A stretch of DNA of 32,000 bases from Telmatocola sphagniphila. Its GTDB lineage: Bacteria; Planctomycetota; Planctomycetia; Gemmatales; Gemmataceae. The translations under genes and the position numbers were made by a program. Under the pieces are notes generated by a model that was not told the DNA's origin, made no database searches, and saw only the letters and a program-made list of their open reading frames with translations. This document shows positions 25,668 through 32,000 of the stretch, one piece after another (within the stretch, counting starts at the first letter, position 1; each line of letters begins with the position of its first letter). Where the stretch lies: positions 6,030,001-6,062,000 of the forward strand of contig NZ_CP074694.1 in the NCBI RefSeq assembly GCF_018398935.1, read 5' to 3'.

Positions 25668-26513
25668 TTACCGCTTGGCGGGGACTGGTTCGAGCGTGAT
25701 CAAGACCTTGGTCTGTTTCGGCGGAATTCGTTCGGTCCAGGCTTCAAACATCAACTCGTTATTTTTATCCGTGCTTTCGATGGGGAGATCCAGCATGGAA
25801 TCGGGAAAATTCGAGAGGCTGATAATCTCGCCGTTGTTGGCGTAGTAGTACTTTTCCTGGGGATTGTCGGGATTGTTTTCCAGCCGGCTACCGGCGAATA
25901 CCCAGTCGTGGGCCAATTCTTTTTTGTTCCGAACATCTTTGATCCAGTAGCGGGCATCTTTATTGAGGAGCTTGCCGTTGAAATAGTAGGTCATGGTCAC
26001 TTTGATGCGACTGCCGGTGGCCGGGGTATATTTCGGGGAGAATTTCACCGGGGTTCCCGGTACGGCTTTGGCAGCCACCAGGGCCATATGGACTTCGCGG
26101 GCATCGACGTCGCAATCCACGATAGACTCGTGTTCCTTCGTCTGGTACTTGCAGAGAAAGACTTCCAGAGGCCCCTCCCGGAGTACAACGGTTGACAGGA
26201 GATGAACGCGGCGGGTGCCATCCTTCAAAGTTTCGAAATAAAGGGTTTTATTTTTATTGAGAGGTTTAGCCCCTTCCGGGATCGGCGGATCCTTCTCTGC
26301 AGGAGTTTCTTCCTCCTTCTCGAAGCGGGCGGGACGAGGCTTGGCCGCCGTGGGGCCTTGAGTGTCGACACTGCCTGACTTCGAGGCATCTTCGGCTTCC
26401 TGAGGAGGAGCCGAAGCCAAGTTCGGTTTGATTTTGCCTTGAGCCACTTTCACGTCATCGCACCCTGAGCTCAGCAGGATGAGAATGGCCATTGTGAGTG
26501 ATAAACACCTCAT
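25668..26513 (-). CDS. Lipoprotein with a YdjY-like C-terminal domain
   Basis: Lipobox ILLSSGC, then a low-complexity linker, then a domain with GPLEVFLCKYQTKEHESIV and EVHMALVAAKAVPG. This matches my recollection of YdjY-domain proteins. GAGGGA lies 8 nt upstream of the ATG. Confidence 0.65.
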   Translation of the reverse strand: MRCLSLTMAILILLSSGCDDVKVAQGKIKPNLASAPPQEAEDASKSGSVDTQGPTAAKPRPARFEKEEETPAEKDPPIPEGAKPLNKNKTLYFETLKDGTRRVHLLSTVVLREGPLEVFLCKYQTKEHESIVDCDVDAREVHMALVAAKAVPGTPVKFSPKYTPATGSRIKVTMTYYFNGKLLNKDARYWIKDVRNKKELAHDWVFAGSRLENNPDNPQEKYYYANNGEIISLSNFPDSMLDLPIESTDKNNELMFEAWTERIPPKQTKVLITLEPVPAKR

Positions 26514-26526
26514 GGCTCTGTCCCTC

Positions 26527-26765
26527 GGGTAATTGATAAATAATAGTTTATAGTAACACTTAGTTGTTCAGATTGAACTCATTTATCCAATTAAAGGAGT
26601 AATTAGAGAATTACCCTACATATCGCAAAAACTAGACCTAAATGAACCCAAGATTATTTCTTTTAATGAGCTTTACATAATATTACCCACAAAAAGGAAA
26701 GTTCAATCTTATATAAAGTATGCAACTTATTGGCTTAGCATTATATGTAGTCAAAATAACCTACA
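26527..26765. other. Strongly AT-rich non-coding patch
   Basis: My hand count gives 62 G+C in 230 nt (26531-26760), about 27%, against about 52% in a neighbouring 60-nt sample. No ORF of 60 aa or more is present. It lies between the stop of the HExxH gene and the start of the YdjY-like gene. Confidence 0.7.
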
Positions 26766-26834
26766 TGCAGGGTCCGCATTGAAAAGAACTACCTGTCTGG
26801 TTCTGAAAGCGGTCCTGGGACACTGGAAAAACAT

Positions 26835-27557
26835 TTACCGGATTGGAAGGAGTCTCGGGCGAGGGACGCAATTTCCGACTATCAGTTGATGCCTTTGAAT
26901 GAGTTGCGGGTAGTTCAAGCGGAGGAAGGCCAGGCGATGCTGATCGGCACCGGCGTGCAGATATTCCTTAATGAGTTCGGTCATCTCGCGATCGTATTCT
27001 TTCTGGCTTTTAGTATGGATTTGAAAGTGGCCGGGGTGCCGACGTAAATCCCCGTTGAAAAACGGGCTGATGTGATACAGTTCGTGGAATATGGTCACTA
27101 GTTTGTCGGGAAATTCCCGATTGAGAAAACGGGGCAGGCAGAAGGTGACCAGATAGAGGATCTCCCGGCCATCGACGAAATAACGCTGCACCCGATAAGT
27201 CACTCGATTCTTCCGGCGATGTAATGCTCCATTTTCGAATCGCATGGGTGTGACCCGAGCTTGAAGTCCCCAACTCGAATTTTTTCGCGAAGTCGTGAAG
27301 TCGAAAAGCAGCTTCTCCATCTTGATGTGATGGAAAGTCGAACAGCGCGACACGATATCTTCGCAGACGAGTCGGATGTGATGAGTGAAGTCGAAGGGGA
27401 GGCCGACCGGCCCGCTGGACCAGTAATTCGGAGCGTGCTCGACTGGTAACAGAGGCTTGCAACTAGCCTTGACGGCCCGCAGCCGAATTTGATCCGACGA
27501 CCAGCGGAGGTCCAGCGGGCGGTCTAGTTTGCGAGTCTGGCGGGGAGCAGAAAACAT
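26835..27557 (-). CDS. Hypothetical protein with an HExxH zincin motif (SprT/YgjP-like layout)
   Basis: The IFHELYHI motif sits in the C-terminal third, after a segment resembling minimal-zincin scaffolds. No signal peptide. I prefer the ATG at 27557, 43 nt downstream of the QueC-like gene; the track's GTG at 27668 would overlap that gene by 68 nt. Confidence 0.55.
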   Translation of the reverse strand: MFSAPRQTRKLDRPLDLRWSSDQIRLRAVKASCKPLLPVEHAPNYWSSGPVGLPFDFTHHIRLVCEDIVSRCSTFHHIKMEKLLFDFTTSRKNSSWGLQARVTPMRFENGALHRRKNRVTYRVQRYFVDGREILYLVTFCLPRFLNREFPDKLVTIFHELYHISPFFNGDLRRHPGHFQIHTKSQKEYDREMTELIKEYLHAGADQHRLAFLRLNYPQLIQRHQLIVGNCVPRPRLLPIR

Positions 27558-27600
27558 ATGCGAATTGTAGCCGGTTCCAGCAGGGCTTCCAATCGGGCGA

Positions 27601-28290
27601 TTAAAGAGCGTGATACTCGGTGGGATCGGGAACGTTGGCTTCCTGAAAACCTTTTTGACGTTCTGCACATTTATTGCATCGACCGCAGTGTTTCGTACCC
27701 ACCGGGTTGATGCAACTGAAAGTTAGCGACAGCGGATAAGTTTGGCCGCGGCGGACGACATCCACTTTGTGAAGTCCGCTGTAAGGCGTAAGAATCCGCA
27801 GATTGCCTCCCACCGCCATACTCACGGTCTGAGCCATGGCCTGGAAAAACTCGGGCGTCGCATCCGGGAAAGGATTCGCTTCCAGAGGAGCCATCGCCAC
27901 TTCCGGGATGCCGTTCAGATGACAGTAGATCAAAGCTTTGGAGAGGAGAATCACATTGCGACCGGGAAGTAAAACCGCCTCATCGGGGCTCTTTTCATCC
28001 GGGACTGCTTCCCCGGTCAGGCTCCAGTGTTTCCCATAGAGATCGGTAACGGGCATCTCAAGCACGTGAAGGGGAGAGACATTAGTTCGATTGAGTTTAC
28101 CAAGAAAGTCTCGGCAGTAGTGTTCCTCAATCCCTTCCCAGACGGAGCCGACGCGAATGTAGAGAGGTTGAACGCGAGGATAGACGCTGGCCGCTTCCGC
28201 CAGCAGCACGGCCGAATCCAGCCCGCCGGAAATTAGCACGGCGAGGGGAGATGAAGAAGATTTCGGAGGCCAGAAGGTGGAGGATTGCAT
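27601..28290 (-). CDS. queC: QueC-like PP-loop ATPase (7-cyano-7-deazaguanine synthase family, divergent)
   Basis: PP-loop ISGGLDSAVLL, then PGRNVILL, then FPDATPEF (canonical YPDCRDEF). The C-terminal Zn-type cluster is C-x9-C-x2-C-x2-C (SCINPVGTKHCGRCNKC). The canonical DYGQRH block is not recognisable. The start is the ATG at 28290 or the TTG at 28317. Confidence 0.75.
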   Translation of the reverse strand: MQSSTFWPPKSSSSPLAVLISGGLDSAVLLAEAASVYPRVQPLYIRVGSVWEGIEEHYCRDFLGKLNRTNVSPLHVLEMPVTDLYGKHWSLTGEAVPDEKSPDEAVLLPGRNVILLSKALIYCHLNGIPEVAMAPLEANPFPDATPEFFQAMAQTVSMAVGGNLRILTPYSGLHKVDVVRRGQTYPLSLTFSCINPVGTKHCGRCNKCAERQKGFQEANVPDPTEYHAL

Positions 28291-28352
28291 CGCTGTATCT
28301 ATAGCCGTGCGTCCCAAGTTTGACGAGCATAGAACCGGAATTGATCAGCCGT

Positions 28353-28366
28353 CCAGAGATCTCTGG
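28353..28366. promoter_or_regulatory. Perfect 14-bp palindrome in the divergent queC-like / porin promoter region
   Basis: CCAGAGATCTCTGG, located 63 nt upstream of the ATG at 28290 (or 36 nt upstream of the TTG at 28317) and about 200 nt upstream of the porin ATG. Confidence 0.3.
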
Positions 28367-28567
28367 GCAGGAATAAATTGCCTGAATTTTCCAAATTAGC
28401 TGGTCTCTATAAAGGTTCGGTTAACCTTGTTCCGAATGTGCGGTCTGTATCGTTTTTACTCAATTTATCAAATCCAGTGGTCGATTCAGTATTGCAGACG
28501 CTTGCTCGGCGAAGGGCGGCGACGGATACGTCCCGTTACCGGCGACGGTCGCGAAAAGGGAGCTTCC

Positions 28568-29980
28568 ATGAAATCCTGGTTACGCAGCATATCGGCGGTA
28601 GGCGCCGGGTTGTTAGTAGGTTCCGCTGCACAAGCCCAGTCTGAACCATCGAAGCATCCTCTGGAACCGGCGGGGTACGTACAACCTCCGTCGTCGATTC
28701 CCGGTTTTTCTGATTTCTTCCCTGCGCAGAACCCACTTCAGGTGCCTCCCGCGGGAGCCGGTGTGCCGGCGAATCAGCCGTTGCAGTACGAGGCCGAGCC
28801 GGATATTAACGGTAAGCCCAAAGTTTACCACGAACCGAATACTTGTCCCTGGTTCCCGGTTCTCGACCGCATTATTTTCGGCGATGCGATTTTCGTGCAG
28901 CCGTATCTGAACGGCAACTACACTGCCTGGACGATGCGAAGCGCCCAGATACCTTTTGCCATCGCCACCACCAGTGTGAGCGGATTGCGGCAGGGAACCA
29001 TCGGCGACCCCGATACCCGCATCGTGCTGGGTAATAGCAAACTGGATTTCGGTACCTATTCCGGTCCGGCCATTTCCGGCGGGGCCTGGTTCGCCAACTC
29101 GGATGTCGGTCTGGAAACCAGCTACTTCACGCTCGGCAAGCAGTCTGTGTCCGGTGGAGTGACCGGCGCGCAATTTCCCGTTCTCGCCCGACCGTTCTAC
29201 GACACGAATATCGGCGGCGAAAACGTACTGACGATTTCTTCCCCCGGATTATTCTCGAACGGCAGTGTCGCTTATTCAGCTTCCAGTCAGATGTGGGGAA
29301 TCGATATCGACGCCGTTTTCCGACTGGCGAATAACGAGAATTCCAAGTTCGACCTGATCGTCGGCGGCAAATACATGCGGTTGCAGGAAGACCTGTACAT
29401 CAGCAGCAGTTCCACGGGCGATCCGATTAACGGGGTGATCAATTTTGCTGGCAATACCTACCTCGGTTCAAATACCCTGGTTGTTGTCGACGGCACAAAA
29501 ACAATTGTGCAGTTTTACGGTGGCACCGTGGGATCCCGCTACAGTTACACAATCGGTCAATTCACTTTGACCGGTACCGCCAAGGTAACTCTCGGCGAAG
29601 AGCAGAGCACGATTATCGGACAGGGCCAAACGATTCTGAATCCTGGAGTGGGACAGTCGACAGCCAATGGTGGTTTGACCGTAGTCGGTTTGAATAACAC
29701 CCGACGACAGGACGATAAGATTGCCTGGATGCCAGAGGTGGGCGCGGGTGTGACCTGGTCGCCGTTGACCTGGGCTTCGTTTAACTTGGGATACAACTTC
29801 GCCTATCTGAGCCGAGTGGCCCGACCTGGGGATCAGTTCGATCGAAATGTGAATCCGACTTTGATCCCCGCGAGTTCGACCTACGGCGTGCCGTTCGGCT
29901 CGGCCAGCCCGAGCCCGCGAGTCGATACCTCGGATATGTGGTTCAGCAGCTTTAACTTTGGCATTACGATTCGGTTCTAA
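28568..29980 (+). CDS. BBP7-like outer-membrane beta-barrel protein
   Basis: AAGGGAG lies upstream of the ATG at 28568. Signal peptide is MKSWLRSISAVGAGLLVGSAAQAQ. The protein is Gly/Ser/Thr/aromatic-rich with alternating strands and ends in ...FGITIRF (terminal Phe), which is porin-like. Confidence 0.78.
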   Translation: MKSWLRSISAVGAGLLVGSAAQAQSEPSKHPLEPAGYVQPPSSIPGFSDFFPAQNPLQVPPAGAGVPANQPLQYEAEPDINGKPKVYHEPNTCPWFPVLDRIIFGDAIFVQPYLNGNYTAWTMRSAQIPFAIATTSVSGLRQGTIGDPDTRIVLGNSKLDFGTYSGPAISGGAWFANSDVGLETSYFTLGKQSVSGGVTGAQFPVLARPFYDTNIGGENVLTISSPGLFSNGSVAYSASSQMWGIDIDAVFRLANNENSKFDLIVGGKYMRLQEDLYISSSSTGDPINGVINFAGNTYLGSNTLVVVDGTKTIVQFYGGTVGSRYSYTIGQFTLTGTAKVTLGEEQSTIIGQGQTILNPGVGQSTANGGLTVVGLNNTRRQDDKIAWMPEVGAGVTWSPLTWASFNLGYNFAYLSRVARPGDQFDRNVNPTLIPASSTYGVPFGSASPSPRVDTSDMWFSSFNFGITIRF

Positions 29981-29986
29981 TGGCGG

Positions 29987-30460
29987 GAATGTCCCGGATT
30001 TGCTCCGGGTGTTGGATGTATCCCCGGATTTCATCCGGGGCTTGAATCTGCCACCCCTCCGGGGTGGTTTGTTTATTTGTTTGGATGCCCGCGGTGAAAA
30101 AATGTTTGCCGAATTGTGAATGTCCCGGATTTGCTCCGTGTGTTGGATGTTTCCCCGGATTTCATCCGGGGCTTGAATCTGCCACCCCTCCGGGGTGGTT
30201 TGTTTATTTGTTTGGATGCCCGCGGTAAAAAAATGTTTGCCGATTTGTGAATGTCCCGGATTTGCTCCGGGTGTTGGATGTATCCCCGGATTTCATCCGG
30301 GGCTTGAATCTGCCACCCCTCCGGGGTGGTTTGTTTATTTGTTTGGATGCCCGCGGTGAAAAAATGTTTGCCGAATTGTGAATGTCCCGGATTTGCTCCG
30401 TGTGTTGGATGTTTCCCCGGATTTCATTCGGGGCTTGAATCTGCCACCCCTCCGGGGTGG
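29987..30460. repeat. Tandem array of a 131-nt unit (3 full copies plus 81 nt), organised as A-B-A-B
   Basis: Unit starts are at 29987, 30118, 30249 and 30380. Copies 1 and 3 are identical. Copies 2 and 4 share the same substitutions. Each unit carries three GC-rich hairpins. Confidence 0.95.
30051..30082 (+). terminator. Intrinsic-terminator-like hairpin, first of four reiterated copies; likely porin gene terminator
   Basis: ccacccc-tcc-ggggtgg followed by tttgtttatttgttt. The same element recurs at 30182-30213 and 30313-30344. The stem alone, without the T-tract, recurs at 30444-30460. Confidence 0.65.
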
Positions 30461-30469
30461 GATTTACAT

Positions 30470-30488
30470 GAAACCCCGGAGGGGTTTC
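30470..30488. other. 8-bp-stem hairpin at the distal edge of the array
   Basis: gaaacccc-gga-ggggtttc. Its core ccccggagggg is the exact reverse complement of the cccctccgggg core in the repeat-unit terminator hairpin. Confidence 0.6.
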
Positions 30489-30508
30489 AGAGATCAGCAC
30501 CGGGTCAG

Positions 30509-30581
30509 CGCAGCGCCACCCGGTGAATATCGCAGCGCCACCCGGTGAATATCTGTGTCATTGCGTCACCCGGTGCAATCG
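30509..30581. repeat. Exact 22-bp tandem duplication plus a degenerate third copy, each carrying a CACCCGGTG palindrome
   Basis: cgcagcgccacccggtgaatat occurs at 30509-30530 and again at 30531-30552. The degenerate copy gcgtcacccggtgcaat is at 30563-30579. Confidence 0.85.
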
Positions 30582-30607
30582 ATCTCGCACCGTCCCCAGC
30601 CCTCAAA

Positions 30608-32000
30608 TCATTTGGCTGTTGCGCTGGTCTTCAACTGGTCGCCTTCCACCTTCAGATAAAATCCGTGGTCCTTGCTTTTCGACACAACCTTGACCACCAC
30701 TGGATTCCAGCCCTCTTTCAGATCGACCGAGATCTCATCCTGTTCCGGTAGGTTAGGTCGAACCGCGGCTTCATAACTGCGGACCAGATTGCCGTTCACC
30801 CAGACCTGGTAGTGCGAATTGGCTCCCAGTCGAAGAATCGATTTCTGAGACTTCGGCGAATACACATAGGTCAAGCCATACCCGGCCATGTTGTCCTTGT
30901 TGAAAACTTCCTTGAAATCGAGATAGCCGTTGGTCTTGCCCGAACGCGGCTGCCATTTCAAAGGTTCTTTGGAATTCTCAACCGGGAAACTAGCAGTGGC
31001 TTCGAATTGTTTTTCCGGGCCGAAGGGCTTCTTCAAATCTCCCGGGAACGGGCCGACTACTTTAAAGTCGGTCACATATCCCCTCAGAGATTCCTGCGAC
31101 TGCCGATTCTTCAGGAAGGCCACCAGATCGAGCATCTGCGAATAGGAGAGTTGAGCCACCACATTGTCCGGCATTAGCGAAACTTTGGAGACTTTAATCT
31201 CCTCGATGTCGTCTCGAAGAATTCGGGTATCTTGGCCATTCGCGTCTCTGATGGTCACTTCGGTTGGCTTATCCACCGTCTTCAGACCAGTGATGGTCTT
31301 GCCCTCCTTGGTGATCACCTGGAAGGACTGATAGCCTTCCTTGATTTCTTTGGACGGTTCGATGATCGATTCCAGAATTTTCTCGACCGACATGGTGTCC
31401 CAAAGCCGGGTGAGATCGGGGCCGACGTTGCCTCCCAGGCCTTCCATCTTGTGGCAATTCATGCAGGCCAGGGTGGTCGTGTTCATGTAAATCTGCTTGC
31501 CTCGACGGGGATCGCCCTTGGTCTGAATTTCGGTTCGGATTTTTTCGACCTGAGCGCCATCCAGAGAGAGTAGTAATCCCCCTTTCATCACATCCGAAAG
31601 GAGAGTCGCCAGCTCGGCATGTTTGCCGAGGTGCTTTCGTAAACCTTCGGATACTTGAGGAAGTAGATCCCGGGGAAGTTTTTTGGCGGCAAACATTTCG
31701 CCGACTTTCTTGGCGCCTTCGAAAGTGTCTCCCAGAATGGTCACCGATTCCCGCTGGAGATTGGCATCTCCGGAAACTAAAAACTTCGAAGCGAATTCGC
31801 GGGCCGCTTCGCTATCGATGGTGACCAGCGTTCGCAGGCTCTCGGTCCGCAGGGCCGTCGGTTCCTCGCCGCTAAGAATCTTGCGCAGGACCTCCGTGGC
31901 GGATTTATCTTTCAACACCCGCAGGGTCTTCAGCAGGTTCAACCGTTCCGAAAGTTCCCGGGATTTGTCTTCCAGCATGGCCACCAATTTGGGAACCGCC
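30608..32000 (-). CDS. 3' portion of a HEAT-repeat / PVC-type CxxCH heme-binding protein with a C-terminal beta-sandwich-like domain; open to the right window edge
   Basis: c-type heme motif CMNCHKMEGLGGNVGPDLT with the downstream Met-containing string VSLMPDN. Helical HEAT-like repeats lie N-terminal to it. The frame stays open past nt 31987 to the window end, and the track start is only a TTG. Confidence 0.85.
   Translation of the reverse strand, partial: AVPKLVAMLEDKSRELSERLNLLKTLRVLKDKSATEVLRKILSGEEPTALRTESLRTLVTIDSEAAREFASKFLVSGDANLQRESVTILGDTFEGAKKVGEMFAAKKLPRDLLPQVSEGLRKHLGKHAELATLLSDVMKGGLLLSLDGAQVEKIRTEIQTKGDPRRGKQIYMNTTTLACMNCHKMEGLGGNVGPDLTRLWDTMSVEKILESIIEPSKEIKEGYQSFQVITKEGKTITGLKTVDKPTEVTIRDANGQDTRILRDDIEEIKVSKVSLMPDNVVAQLSYSQMLDLVAFLKNRQSQESLRGYVTDFKVVGPFPGDLKKPFGPEKQFEATASFPVENSKEPLKWQPRSGKTNGYLDFKEVFNKDNMAGYGLTYVYSPKSQKSILRLGANSHYQVWVNGNLVRSYEAAVRPNLPEQDEISVDLKEGWNPVVVKVVSKSKDHGFYLKVEGDQLKTSATAK

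Noticed and set aside
10082-28567. Track-proposed longer N-termini for several genes (10082, 11242, 16069, 19066, 22092, 27668, 28427)
   Set aside because: Internal starts (10196, 11296, 16024, 18991, 22050, 27557, 28568) expose proper signal peptides or family-typical N-termini. Several have better Shine-Dalgarno sequences, and they avoid overlaps with neighbouring genes. Residual uncertainty is noted in the feature entries.
29987-30460. Possible CRISPR array
   Set aside because: The units are 131 nt long and directly abut one another with no unique spacers. No cas genes are in the window. This is a plain tandem repeat.
29468-30526. ORFs 29468..30034 (-), 30204..30500 (-) and 30326..30526 (+) overlapping the repeat array
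   Set aside because: Their repeated peptide strings (for example MKSGDTSNTRSKSGTF) are a by-product of the DNA repeat. The 131-nt period is not a multiple of 3, so no frame is maintained across units. The first ORF is largely antisense to the well-supported porin gene.
29987-30581. Diversity-generating retroelement (TR/VR pair) or integron attC sites
   Set aside because: Differences between copies are G-to-T, A-to-T, G-to-A and C-to-T, not adenine-specific. No reverse transcriptase or integrase is nearby. GTTGGAT fits the attC core GTTRRRY, but the matching inverse core ATCCAAC is absent.

Overview
This window looks like ordinary chromosomal DNA from a Planctomycetota-type (PVC) bacterium. 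That is an inference from hallmark families recognised by eye: a DUF1559/H-X9-DG prepilin-like protein, a PVC-type CxxCH heme-binding protein, a BBP7-like porin and secreted PQQ-like propellers. I had no database search, so all family calls rest on motifs. Left third (+ strand): a complete, translationally coupled K+ uptake locus, kdpF-kdpA-kdpB-kdpC-kdpD-kdpE. It is preceded by an extra unannotated 32-codon membrane-peptide ORF whose stop overlaps the kdpF start. Middle: secreted or periplasmic proteins (two paralogous PQQ-like beta-propellers, a BSP-family HExxH peptidase, an S9B dipeptidyl peptidase, a DUF1559 protein, lipoproteins, a signal-peptide WD40 propeller) and a roughly 958-aa cytoplasmic protein with an M28-like C-terminal domain and an unrecognisable N-terminal two thirds. 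Right third (mostly - strand): ugd, glgB, an MDR-family dehydrogenase, a YdjY-like lipoprotein, a roughly 27% GC non-coding patch, an HExxH protein paired with a divergent QueC-like PP-loop enzyme, a BBP7-like porin, and the 3' part of a HEAT/CxxCH heme-binding protein. No rRNA, tRNA, CRISPR array, transposase or recognisable defence system was seen. The most unusual sequence is the 627-bp gap between the porin and the heme-binding gene. It holds a 131-nt, three-hairpin unit repeated 3.6 times in an A-B-A-B pattern, followed by a cluster of CACC(S)GGTG palindromes that includes an exact 22-bp tandem duplication. I found no convincing multi-gene novel system. The candidates worth follow-up are that repeat array, the extra kdp leader peptide, the QueC-like/HExxH pair next to the AT-rich patch, and the M28 fusion protein.
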